Assembly (NCBI RefSeq): GCF_000186885.1
Contig: NC_014972.1
Span: 3,690,001-3,722,000, forward strand
From: Desulfobulbus propionicus DSM 2032
GTDB lineage: Bacteria > Desulfobacterota > Desulfobulbia > Desulfobulbales > Desulfobulbaceae
Direction of reading: 5' to 3'
DNA: 32,000 nucleotides
Shown: one piece after another, positions 8,962 through 17,799 of the stretch
Position numbering within the stretch: the first letter of the stretch is position 1
Layout of the letters: each line of letters opens with the position of its first letter
Made by a program: the position numbers and the translations under genes
The notes under the pieces: model-generated
Database searches by the model: none
What the model was told of the DNA's origin: nothing
What the model saw: only the letters and a program-made list of their open reading frames with translations

Positions 8962-10836
8962 TTATAGGGTGGGATGAACAGCAACCCGTCCTTTGATGAA
9001 TTTTTCCAAGTCAGGGGGAATCTGAAATCCTGATGACAAAATAGCGCGATATTGGGCAGTGGCCTGCTTTTCTTCGCCTAATTTATCGTGAATTCGGGCA
9101 GTCGCGACCATGGAATCGAGATTTTTTCCGTAGAGGCTATCATGACGGTTAAGAGCGGCGAGAGCAGAACGCAAATCTCTGTGATGTTCACTGAAGGCCG
9201 CATAATTCAAAAGAGATTCCTTTAGCGGCTTTGGCCCGCTGGTACTTTGTTTAAAATAAGACTCTGCCTGTCGAGTATCTTGCATGTTGGCAGAGGCAAT
9301 GGCCGCGTTGAGCAGGGCGGATTCATTGCGTGGGTCAGCCTCGATGGCGCGTTTGGCAAAGTATAAAGATTTCGCATTTTGCTGAAGCTGGACGAGATAG
9401 ATGGAGGCGATCTTATTGGCAAGTTTTGAGTTTTTCGGCCATTTTTCCAGTGCCTGCTCATACAGGCCTGCTGCCGTTTCAAAATTTTCCTGCCTTTCTG
9501 CCCCACGGCCTTTGGTAATCAGTTCTTTGGCCTCGATAATTTCAGCAGACTGTTTTTCTTGCTGCTGAACGATAAGTGTATCTCGCTCCATTACCGCTGA
9601 ATCAGCCTCAAAACTTAAGTTATTTTGAGCCTGTTCGGGCCATTTAAACCCCTTTCCTTTGGGATAAATGACTAATGTGTTAAATCGCTCCTCTTTTTCT
9701 AGATCTTTCAAATTGAGAATGATATCGAGAGCGAAATCCCAAGGGACATCATCCAGCACCAAGGTGAGAGCCCCCTCCACCGATTCATCGACAACGATAT
9801 TGACCCCACTTACCTGCCGTAGAAAGTTGAAAACGTTATGTAAATCCATTTTCTGAAATTCAACGGTGATCCGTTCCTTATTATAGCCGGAGAAATTGAA
9901 TGCATCCTGCATTTGCTGTTCTTTGGCTTTTGGTGAAGGTTTTGCATCCAACGGATTAATTGAAGGGAGCTGCGTGTCGATAGTTTTTTGTTGATTAATG
10001 ATCGAAGTAACTTGATCCTTTGACCTTGCCTCATCAACAATGATTTCTAAACCATTTGATATGGCATTAATGCTATATGGAAACAATGCGTCAGAGGATG
10101 AATGGAAACTAAAACGTAAGCCCGTGTCACGACGGGCAATCTGAATTTTTGACAGTGCTGTATCAACTTTGCGATCGGTTAAGGCAGCATCATCACTTGT
10201 GGCGTTATCAATGTCTATGATAAGCTGCGGGGGAATATTTCCGGATTTATCAACGGTACTTTTATTGTATTTCGATACAGTTTCATCGAAAAGCAGCTGT
10301 ATTTTTGTTCTTTTATTTTCTTTGGTTATGGAAACATCGGAAAATTTCGCCTGCTTGGTTCCGGATGAAACATTGACAGGTTGTTGTTGATTAACTGATG
10401 TTTCGCCGTTCTTGGATACGGAATTATTTCCGGCCAACAACAAAACAATTTCATTTTCATTCTGTTTCGTATTAAACGAAATTGCCTCTGGGAGAGTGAA
10501 TTCGAATCGTGATATTGAAGACTTCGCTCCTGGAACTTCACTTGTGGCCAATTTTATATTTTCATTTTCAATCGATTGAACAAAATCTTTCGCTATTTTA
10601 GCATCTGCGATATCAACTACGATCCTTGGAGGATTAGGCAATTCGTATACCGTCGAAACTAAAGAAGCTGTTCCTTTTATTCTTATTTCTTCCTGTTGAT
10701 TTATTTTTTTCAATGTTACCGAACTAATTTGAATTTCAGGTGTTTCGGCGTTAGAACTTGTGTGAAAAATAAAGAAAAACGTGAATAATAGCAGGATGGA
10801 ATATTTCGATCGCGCAAAAGAATGAAACATGATCAT
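8962..10836 (-). CDS. AMIN domain / secretin-TonB short N-terminal (STN-like) domain / TPR protein, PilQ N-terminus-like, lacking a secretin pore domain
   Basis: Signal peptide, AMIN-like 'VYELPNPPRIVVDIADAK', STN-like 'ITVEFQKMDLHNVFNFLRQVSGVNIVVDESVEGALTLVLDDVPWDFALDIIL', then TPR-like repeats (AAGLYEQALEKWPKNSKLANKIASIYL...). Confidence 0.85.
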   Translation of the reverse strand: MIMFHSFARSKYSILLLFTFFFIFHTSSNAETPEIQISSVTLKKINQQEEIRIKGTASLVSTVYELPNPPRIVVDIADAKIAKDFVQSIENENIKLATSEVPGAKSSISRFEFTLPEAISFNTKQNENEIVLLLAGNNSVSKNGETSVNQQQPVNVSSGTKQAKFSDVSITKENKRTKIQLLFDETVSKYNKSTVDKSGNIPPQLIIDIDNATSDDAALTDRKVDTALSKIQIARRDTGLRFSFHSSSDALFPYSINAISNGLEIIVDEARSKDQVTSIINQQKTIDTQLPSINPLDAKPSPKAKEQQMQDAFNFSGYNKERITVEFQKMDLHNVFNFLRQVSGVNIVVDESVEGALTLVLDDVPWDFALDIILNLKDLEKEERFNTLVIYPKGKGFKWPEQAQNNLSFEADSAVMERDTLIVQQQEKQSAEIIEAKELITKGRGAERQENFETAAGLYEQALEKWPKNSKLANKIASIYLVQLQQNAKSLYFAKRAIEADPRNESALLNAAIASANMQDTRQAESYFKQSTSGPKPLKESLLNYAAFSEHHRDLRSALAALNRHDSLYGKNLDSMVATARIHDKLGEEKQATAQYRAILSSGFQIPPDLEKFIKGRVAVHPTL

Positions 10837-11384
10837 TTCTCTCCTTCTTTGTTCAGGCTCATGGTAATAATCGTTTTCATTTCTTTACCCGATCTCGTCA
10901 AAGCGGTTTCCGTAATAAATACTTGATCAGGTGTAATTTTTGTAACAATGCCTCTTTTGCCAATAGGCGTCCCTACTTTCAACAAATATCCTTTATTAGC
11001 TTGATCTTCAACCATCGCTAGTTCGTCAGTTGAACTTATCAAAACACCAACCAATTTGAGCTGTCCTGGTTCAAACAACTGCATTCCTATTAATTCATCT
11101 GTGCTTTCTATGATTTCATTGGGGTCGAATCCAGCAGGGACATCAGCCTTTTCAGAAAGAAACGGTTTGAATGGATCCATCCTCCCCTCAACTTTATAGG
11201 TGTAACTGTTATCCTTTGTACTTAAAAAATTATTAGTCGGATTATCCTCTCCAAAACAGTTGGGTAAAATCCCAAACAAAAATAAAGCATATCCAATTAG
11301 GCAAACCGCAAAGCGCCTAGGATTTTCTTTTTTTTCTATCATTGTGCGGTCATCTCTTATTGTCTTGGATAAAATACTCATCAC
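10833..11384 (-). CDS. pilP: PilP-like pilus assembly protein
   Basis: 'GRMDPFKPFL...QLFEPGQLKLVGVLISSTDELAMVEDQANKGYLLKVGTPIGKRGIVTKITPDQVFI' is PilP-like; positioned after pilMNO. Confidence 0.85.
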   Translation of the reverse strand: MMSILSKTIRDDRTMIEKKENPRRFAVCLIGYALFLFGILPNCFGEDNPTNNFLSTKDNSYTYKVEGRMDPFKPFLSEKADVPAGFDPNEIIESTDELIGMQLFEPGQLKLVGVLISSTDELAMVEDQANKGYLLKVGTPIGKRGIVTKITPDQVFITETALTRSGKEMKTIITMSLNKEGEK

Positions 11385-11411
11385 ATACAGTACACAAAGG
11401 CTAAAATAGAC

Positions 11412-12053
11412 CTATTTCTTGCCCTTCTTTCCTTTCTGCTCTGGCGGAGGAGCAGGTACATTAGTAAATCGATACGTAACCAATCGGCAGGAGGAAGAAA
11501 GCAACATCTCGCCTTCAACTTGTTCGGCCTTCTCTGTCTTTATATTGTTAACAGTTACTATTCGCTCAAGCTTACTAACTTTATCTAAAAATAATCCCAA
11601 ATTATGATAAGGTCCCTTGATCTTTATATCGATTGGAATTTCAGCATAGAAATCTTTTTGCATTTCCGCTCCAGGTACGAACGATATAAAATCTAGGCCT
11701 GAATTTTTCCCAAGATCGGATATGTTTCGCAACAAATTGGGTATTTCTTGGCTTTTCGGGAGAAGAACAGAAGTGAGTTCAAATTCGTTTTGCGCATCTT
11801 CAAGTTCCTTTTGATGTTTTGGTAAATCGCGAGCCGCTCTTCGGACCTTGTTCAGCTCGTCAGTAGACACTTGAATTTGCTTTTTCAAATTCTCTATATT
11901 TTTTAAATTTTGCTGTAGAAATCCAAAATAAAACAATGAAACAGGTAAAATAAAAGCTAATACCAATATTAATATTTTATACCTTTTATCAAAAGGTATA
12001 AATTTTTCATCAACGAAAATGTCATATTTATTTTTCTTGGATGTCAAACCCAT
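11412..12053 (-). CDS. pilO: PilO-like type IV pilus inner-membrane protein
   Basis: Single N-terminal TM, coiled coil, then 'LVPKSQEIPNLLRNISDLGKNSGLDFISFVPG...YAEIPIDIKIKGPYHNLGLFLDKVSKLERIVTVNNI', typical of PilO. Confidence 0.92.
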   Translation of the reverse strand: MGLTSKKNKYDIFVDEKFIPFDKRYKILILVLAFILPVSLFYFGFLQQNLKNIENLKKQIQVSTDELNKVRRAARDLPKHQKELEDAQNEFELTSVLLPKSQEIPNLLRNISDLGKNSGLDFISFVPGAEMQKDFYAEIPIDIKIKGPYHNLGLFLDKVSKLERIVTVNNIKTEKAEQVEGEMLLSSSCRLVTYRFTNVPAPPPEQKGKKGKK

Positions 12054-12067
12054 TTTTTGGCCTAGTA

Positions 12068-12643
12068 TTAATTTGATATTCTTTGAGCAGTATCGTTATT
12101 CTCGAATCCAACAGTGCAGGAAGTCGAGAAGGCCTTCAAATCTCTATCCGCAAATTTTTCCATTGAAGAACTTACCAATGTTACATTTTTGATATATTTA
12201 GAATTTTCTAGATCATCCATAAATTTCGCGATAGTTTGATCATCAAGTGCCATACCAGTTAAACTGAGTTGAGCCGAATCTTGAGTAATGCCTTTAAGCC
12301 ACATCCGACGAAATGGGATCAGATTTGCAATTTCATCAAGGACGTGAACAGTAAGAGAGGAAGATTGTTTTAACTGTTTTATAACTTCAATACGTGTTGC
12401 AAGAACTTTTTTCTCTTCATCGATTTTCTTGATTTCTGCTAAGATTTTATCATATTGTTTTTTTTCAGATTGCAGAGCGGCATTGGTATCGCGCATTTTC
12501 TTAACAATGTTAGACTGGTAATATCCAAATGCAATAAGCACGATCACCAAAGCACCAAAAAATATTATCGATAAATTAATCTGTTGCTTAGCTTTGTTGC
12601 GCTTAATTATTTCCCGGACCGGGAGTAAATTGATATGAATCAT
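12068..12643 (-). CDS. pilN: PilN-like type IV pilus inner-membrane protein
   Basis: 'MIHINLLPVREIIKRNKAKQQINLSIIFFGALVIVLIAFGYYQSNIVKK' matches the N-terminal PilN signature (INLLP motif). Confidence 0.92.
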   Translation of the reverse strand: MIHINLLPVREIIKRNKAKQQINLSIIFFGALVIVLIAFGYYQSNIVKKMRDTNAALQSEKKQYDKILAEIKKIDEEKKVLATRIEVIKQLKQSSSLTVHVLDEIANLIPFRRMWLKGITQDSAQLSLTGMALDDQTIAKFMDDLENSKYIKNVTLVSSSMEKFADRDLKAFSTSCTVGFENNDTAQRISN

Positions 12644-12651
12644 AATTTTTT

Positions 12652-13698
12652 TTAAAAAGATGCAGAGCGAATTGCCAATCCAGCGGCGATGGCCATTTCA
12701 GGGGCTATGGAATCAAGGTAGTTTTCATCAAATTTCTTTGGATCATAGACCATTTTTTTAAAAGGATTAAAAGCGATTACACTCAACCCTGTTTCCTTTT
12801 CTATATATTCTTTGAGTCCATTCACTTTCGACCCTCCGCCACTCAATACCAAATACTTTAAATGTTTATCTGGATTATTCATAAGATACAAGTCAATGGC
12901 TTTCTTGATCTCTAAAACCCATTGGGTGCAAGTCTGGTTGAAAATTTTTTCTATATCTTCACGAAAATTTTCTGCGGAAACGATACCAAGCTTTATCTTT
13001 TCCGCTTGGGCATAATCGATATCAAGAGTGTTCGCCAGTTGCATGGTTAATTGTTCACTACCGACAACAATATCCCTAGCCAATACTGAAACACCTTCAG
13101 ATATGATATTTATATTCATTTTTGAAGCACCGATATCGACAAGTGCAACGTTTTCCATTGGTTCCGAAATAGTTTCCCAAATATTTTCAAGAGCAAACCC
13201 ATCAACATCAACGAGCACGGTCTTCAATTTTATCTCATTGAGCATATCTAAGTAATCATTCACAACCTCTTTTTTCGCCGCAACAAGCATTATGTCGTTT
13301 CGGTCACTATGCTCTTTCTTTGATGGTAATTTTTGAAAATCGAGATAGACATCATTTAAATCAAACGGAATATACTGTTCGGCTTCAGCTTTTATATATT
13401 CCGCTAAGGAATCGTCATCCATCGCCTCTAAATTGATTTTCTTAACAATAACGGAATATCCGGAAATCGAGATACCGATTTTGGTATTTTTTATTCTCAA
13501 ATTTTTGAGAAGGGCAGAAATTGTGCGCCCAACTTCTTCCGGTTCTTGAAGAACGCCATCTTCCACCGCACCTGGTGAAATGGCGGCACTGCCAACGGCC
13601 AATAATTTATAAGTCCGCCCGGATTTCTGGAGTTGGCAAATCTTAACGGCATGGGAACCGATGTCGACTCCGGTGATCAGTTTTTCATTTTTTGCCAT
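12652..13698 (-). CDS. pilM: PilM, type IV pilus actin-like assembly ATPase
   Basis: 'ITGVDIGSHAVKICQL', 'IKAEAEQYIPFDLNDVYLDFQKL', 'VDVDGFALENIWE', 'ALVDIGASKMNINII', 'YLVLSGGGSKVNGLKEYIEKETG'. Confidence 0.95.
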   Translation of the reverse strand: MAKNEKLITGVDIGSHAVKICQLQKSGRTYKLLAVGSAAISPGAVEDGVLQEPEEVGRTISALLKNLRIKNTKIGISISGYSVIVKKINLEAMDDDSLAEYIKAEAEQYIPFDLNDVYLDFQKLPSKKEHSDRNDIMLVAAKKEVVNDYLDMLNEIKLKTVLVDVDGFALENIWETISEPMENVALVDIGASKMNINIISEGVSVLARDIVVGSEQLTMQLANTLDIDYAQAEKIKLGIVSAENFREDIEKIFNQTCTQWVLEIKKAIDLYLMNNPDKHLKYLVLSGGGSKVNGLKEYIEKETGLSVIAFNPFKKMVYDPKKFDENYLDSIAPEMAIAAGLAIRSASF

Positions 13699-14026
13699 TT
13701 TCTTTTTTCTCTCGTTTAAGTATGGCAGACAAGGTTACCCACAGATATTAAATGCTTTTTTTACTCTGTTTTGTATTAAGCACATAAAATAGATGCTTTG
13801 TCAAGCAAGCTGGTATTTTTTTCGCCCAACCTTGATCGTGAAGCGCTATTTGCCCTACAATAGTTAACGTATTGTCATAACATAATTTTTTAAAAAAATT
13901 CACCCCATCTGCCATGCTTGTGAGCTTTACCCGCCTTCATATGTGTATCCCGAGGCAAGAAAAATCGCGCCAGACAGACGAAATGCGTATTACCTGATTA
14001 AAAGCAGCCCAAAATAAAATTGTCAA

Positions 14027-14100
14027 ATGCTGGAGTAAAAATTACCATGCCGCGAACACTGAAACAAAAAATCGATCAATCAGGCAATTTTCTCCAGCAT
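14027..14100. repeat. Long-range inverted repeat in the pilM-purU intergenic region (candidate structured RNA or regulatory element)
   Basis: ATGCTGGAG (14027-14035) and CTCCAGCAT (14092-14100) perfectly complementary; after a 2-nt bulge, AAAATT (14038-14043) pairs with AATTTT (14086-14091). Confidence 0.5.
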
Positions 14101-14206
14101 CCCATAAAACCGTGCCAGCGCTTTTGCCTCAAAATTGCCCCTTCCCTTCCCACAAAAACCATGGACTGCATTTAAACAAAGTTGACGCCGTATCCTCTTT
14201 TGGTTC

Positions 14207-14225
14207 AACCTTTCAACGAAAGGTT
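14207..14225. repeat. Short inverted repeat (operator-like dyad)
   Basis: AACCTTTC-AAC-GAAAGGTT, a perfect 8-bp dyad with 3-nt spacer, 131 bp upstream of the purU start. Confidence 0.45.
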
Positions 14226-14355
14226 AAATTGTTGCATTTTTTCACACTAAACGATACAATATGAATTGTTATTCCTTTTGCTGAATCTACACAATCAAAA
14301 TAATTTTCATAAAAAAATTTTATGAATAAAATATTAACAATAAAAATTGAATATT

Positions 14356-15213
14356 ATGTCTTCTTCAGCTATTTTGCTTATTCATTGTCCCGACAATAAA
14401 GGGATAGTTGCAACAGTCAGTGAATTTATCTTTAAAAATAACGGAAACATCACCTATCTCGATCAGCATGTTGATTCAACGCAAAAGACTTTTTTTATGC
14501 GCATTGAATGGGAGTTGGATGATTTTATCATACCCCCCAATAAAATAGGGGAATATTTCGATACACTTATAGCCAAAAAATACTCAATGAAGTGGCAATT
14601 GCATTTTTCCAATGAAGTGCCGCGGATGGCTCTTTTTGTATCAAAACTTCCACATTGCCTATACGACATTCTTTCTCGATGGAAATCGCAAGAGATAGAG
14701 GTTGATATACCTCTCGTTATAAGTAATCATTTGGAGCTCGAACCGATAGCTCGGCAGTTCGGCATTGATTTTTATCATTTTGCCATAAATACTGAAAACA
14801 AAAGGGAACAGGAACAGGCCCAACTGCAACTTTTAGCTGAACATGACATCGAGTTCATCGTCCTTGCCCGGTACATGCAAATTCTCTCCGAAGAATTCAT
14901 CAGTCATTATCGCAACAAGATAATCAACATTCACCATTCTTTTCTCCCCGCCTTTCCCGGAGCGAGACCTTATCATTCGGCCTTCGAACGTGGTGTGAAA
15001 GTCATCGGCGCGACGAGCCATTATGTGACCGCTGAGCTGGATGCCGGCCCGATCATCACCCAGGACATCATCCGCGTCAGTCACGCGGATTCCGTCGACG
15101 ATCTGATGCGGAAAGGTCGGGATCTCGAAAAAGTGATCCTCGCTCGCTCCATCTGGCACCATTTGAAGCGACAAATCCTGGTCTTTCAAAATCGCACGGT
15201 GGTTTTTACTTGA
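14356..15213 (+). CDS. purU: Formyltetrahydrofolate deformylase
   Basis: 'ILLIHCPDNKGIVATVSEFIFKNNGNITYLDQHVD', 'RMALFVSKLPHCLYDIL', 'EFIVLARYMQILS', 'IINIHHSFLPAFPGARPYHSAFERGVKVIGATSHYVTAELDAGPIITQD'. ATG at 14356; the ORF track extends to a TTG at 14347. Confidence 0.95.
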   Translation: MSSSAILLIHCPDNKGIVATVSEFIFKNNGNITYLDQHVDSTQKTFFMRIEWELDDFIIPPNKIGEYFDTLIAKKYSMKWQLHFSNEVPRMALFVSKLPHCLYDILSRWKSQEIEVDIPLVISNHLELEPIARQFGIDFYHFAINTENKREQEQAQLQLLAEHDIEFIVLARYMQILSEEFISHYRNKIINIHHSFLPAFPGARPYHSAFERGVKVIGATSHYVTAELDAGPIITQDIIRVSHADSVDDLMRKGRDLEKVILARSIWHHLKRQILVFQNRTVVFT

Positions 15214-15532
15214 AATCGGAAAACAACGGCGGGTCTGGCTCAATCATCTGTGCGCCCGGGGGTGGAGCCGTCGTCTCGAATAAATGGAACTCCAAACTTC
15301 CTTCAAGAATCTGAAACGTGCCGATATAGTGTCCCGGATCGTCTGGCAAGGCCGTATTGGTCGTATAGATGCCAAGATACCGCTCTTTCACGGGCATATC
15401 CGGATCCACTAGCACCCACATCAAGGGGGCCGTGTCGCCCTTGGTCTGCACCGTCAAAATTTGTCCGCCATGCGGGATAGGGATCGACTGGAGTCGATTG
15501 GGTGTCAGTTCAAACTTCCAGATAGTTTTCAT
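15206..15532 (-). CDS. Hypothetical protein, 108 aa
   Basis: MKTIWKFELTPNRLQSIPIPHGGQILTVQTKGDTAPLMWVLVDPDMPVKERYLGIYTTNTALPDDPGHYIGTFQILEGSLEFHLFE. Protein-like; resembles small conserved phage/bacterial hypotheticals of the form 'kyel......i.mP.GA.il.vq.q.....lWalvd'. Ends convergently with purU, 8-bp overlap. Confidence 0.6.
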   Translation of the reverse strand: MKTIWKFELTPNRLQSIPIPHGGQILTVQTKGDTAPLMWVLVDPDMPVKERYLGIYTTNTALPDDPGHYIGTFQILEGSLEFHLFETTAPPPGAQMIEPDPPLFSDFK

Positions 15533-15780
15533 GGGTTGACCTGTTCATTAACCTTTGGAAAAGGAACAATATACCACGGCTGCCAGCGCATCATGACAGC
15601 CATGCCCTTACGTGGGTCGTCTTTTACCGTTGTTGTCCCATTGATGCAATCACATCCCTTACCGGCCGAAGATCCACAGCCATTTTTCGAGATCATCCTT
15701 GCGGATTTTGGCAATTCTGTTATCTGTGCGGTTGTTTTTTCAATGACCGTGAACGGATGCCGGAGCATGTCCCTCTCCAC
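15529..15780 (-). CDS. Small hypothetical protein, coupled to the downstream gene by a 4-bp overlap
   Basis: 83-aa ORF ending at 15529, overlapping the 15532 start as ATGA. No recognised domain; start uncertain (15780 or 15768). Confidence 0.3.
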   Translation of the reverse strand: MERDMLRHPFTVIEKTTAQITELPKSARMISKNGCGSSAGKGCDCINGTTTVKDDPRKGMAVMMRWQPWYIVPFPKVNEQVNP

Positions 15781-15813
15781 CGTTCCTCGAACTTTTTCCC
15801 ATTAGGATATGTT

Positions 15814-17706
15814 ATGAATTTCCCGATTGATTTGTCCGCGTACACCCCTCTGCGCTTTTCCGTCGATCAGCAAGGGCTCGATCTGGAGCAGCGCACCACC
15901 TTGATCCGCAATATCAACTTGGTGCGCGACAGTATCGTCTTTTTTACCGCCTTGGCCAATACCAAAGGCCTGGGGGGACATACCGGCGGCGCCTACGATA
16001 TTGTTCCCGAACTGCTGATTGCCGACGGGTTCATCAAAGGCGGTGACTCCTGCTATCCGGTCTATTTCGACGAAGCCGGTCACCGGGTGGCTATTCAGTA
16101 CCTCATGGCAGTGCTTAACGGCTACCAGCCAGCCGAAGCGTTGCTCCATTACCGGGAATTCGGCAAGGGATTGTACGGCCATCCCGAGCGCAACGAGGCA
16201 GAGGGCGTCTTCTTCAGTTCCGGCCGCCTGGGCCACCTGTGGAGCCATGTCAACGGCGTGGCCGAGGCGAATCCGAGCCAGAAAATCTTCCTGTTCGGCA
16301 GCGACGGCTCCCAACAGGAGGGCGATGACGCCGAGGCGGCCCGTTATGCGGTCGCCAGAAAACTTAACATCAAATTGCTGCTCGACGACAACGACGTCAC
16401 CATCGCCGGCCATCCGACTTCTTACATGCACGGCTATGATCTGTTGCGAACCTTGAGCGGTCACGGACTCGCGGTCCAGAGTTGCCAAGGTGAGGACATC
16501 GACAGCCTCTTTGCCTCTATTCGCCAGGCCATCGCTCACGACGGCCCAGCGGCGGTGGTCATCAAGCGCAAGATGGCGGTCGGCGTGGCCGGCATCGAAG
16601 GGTTGCCCAAGGGGCACGACGTCATCCCTGTGCCCATGGCCATTGACTACCTCACCGCCAAAGGGCACACCGCCGCAGTGGCCATGCTCCAGCAAGTGCC
16701 GGCCAAGGCGACGAAGACCGAATATCGCGGCAGCTCGACGGAATCGGCTAAAAATCGGGACGAATTCGGCAGGATCATCAGCGACCTGATCAAGGGACTC
16801 GACAATCCCGCATCCAAGGTTCTGGTGGTCGATTCCGACCTGGAAGGCTCCTGCGGTCTGCACCATATCCGCAAGAATTGCCCGGAGGTTTATGTCCATG
16901 GCGGCATCATGGAGCGCAACAACTTCTCGGTGGCTGCCGGTTTCGGCTCCACCTCCGGCAAACAGGGCATCTTCGGTACCTTTGCCGCCTTCCAGGAGAT
17001 GGTGATTTCCGAGATCACCATGGCCCGGCTCAACCAGGCCAATGTACTGGCCCACTTTTCCCATTCCGGGGTGGACGACATGGCCGACAACACCTGCCAT
17101 TTCGGTATCAACAACTTCTTTGCCGACAATGGCCTGGCCGAACACGACCGAACCCGGCTCTATTTTCCTGCCGATGCCCTGCAACTCAAGGCCATCCTCA
17201 CCAAGGTGTTTCATGACCAAGGCTTGCGGTTCGTTTTCTCCACCCGATCCGGCACCCCTTTCATCCTGCGGGAAAACGGCGAGAAATTCTTCGGCGACGG
17301 CTACACTTTCTCCCCGGATCGCGACGAAGTCATCCGTGAAGGCCGAGACGGCTATATTGTCTCCTACGGCGAGATGCTCTACCGCTGTCTCCATGTGGTG
17401 GAACTACTCAAAGACGAGGGCATTCAGCTTGGCCTGATCAACAAACCTGTCCTCAACGTGATCGACGAGGCCATGCTTGCCAAGGTAGGCGCAAGCCCCA
17501 TGGCCCTGATCATCGAAACCCAAAACAGTAAGACCGGCTTGGGCATCCGCTACGGCAGCTGGTTGCTTGAACGTGGTTTCACACCAAAGTACGCATATAT
17601 GGGCACATGGAAAGATGGCGCAGGCGGTCTGTCCGAACAGATTCCCTATCAGGGGATGGGAACCGAGGCCATCCGCGACAAGGTGCTGCAGATGCTTCAG
17701 GGATAA
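15814..17706 (+). CDS. Transketolase-like thiamine-diphosphate-dependent enzyme
   Basis: 'NTKGLGGHTGGAYDIVPELLIADGFI', 'GRLGHLWSHVNGVAEANPSQKIFLFGSDGSQQEGDDAEAARYAVARKLNIKLLLDDNDVTIAG', 'VLVVDSDLEGSCGLHHIRKNCPEVYVHGGIMERNNFSVAAGFGS', C-terminal transketolase-like domain. ATG 15814 has RBS-like attAGGA. Confidence 0.85.
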   Translation: MNFPIDLSAYTPLRFSVDQQGLDLEQRTTLIRNINLVRDSIVFFTALANTKGLGGHTGGAYDIVPELLIADGFIKGGDSCYPVYFDEAGHRVAIQYLMAVLNGYQPAEALLHYREFGKGLYGHPERNEAEGVFFSSGRLGHLWSHVNGVAEANPSQKIFLFGSDGSQQEGDDAEAARYAVARKLNIKLLLDDNDVTIAGHPTSYMHGYDLLRTLSGHGLAVQSCQGEDIDSLFASIRQAIAHDGPAAVVIKRKMAVGVAGIEGLPKGHDVIPVPMAIDYLTAKGHTAAVAMLQQVPAKATKTEYRGSSTESAKNRDEFGRIISDLIKGLDNPASKVLVVDSDLEGSCGLHHIRKNCPEVYVHGGIMERNNFSVAAGFGSTSGKQGIFGTFAAFQEMVISEITMARLNQANVLAHFSHSGVDDMADNTCHFGINNFFADNGLAEHDRTRLYFPADALQLKAILTKVFHDQGLRFVFSTRSGTPFILRENGEKFFGDGYTFSPDRDEVIREGRDGYIVSYGEMLYRCLHVVELLKDEGIQLGLINKPVLNVIDEAMLAKVGASPMALIIETQNSKTGLGIRYGSWLLERGFTPKYAYMGTWKDGAGGLSEQIPYQGMGTEAIRDKVLQMLQG

Positions 17707-17757
17707 CCCCCCGCAATCGTCTCGACAGCGGCGACTTTGCCGCTGTACACCAAAAAA

Positions 17758-17799
17758 AAAACCGGAAATGCTTTTGTCATGACATTTCCGGTTTTTTTT
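17758..17799 (+). terminator. Intrinsic terminator after the transketolase-like gene
   Basis: AAACCGGAAATG / CATTTCCGGTTT stem followed by T-run; A-run on the 5' side. Confidence 0.88.

Noticed and set aside
15802-17394. 530-aa minus-strand ORF
   Set aside because: Fully antisense to the transketolase-like gene; translation has no recognisable motif. It is a GC-rich shadow ORF.
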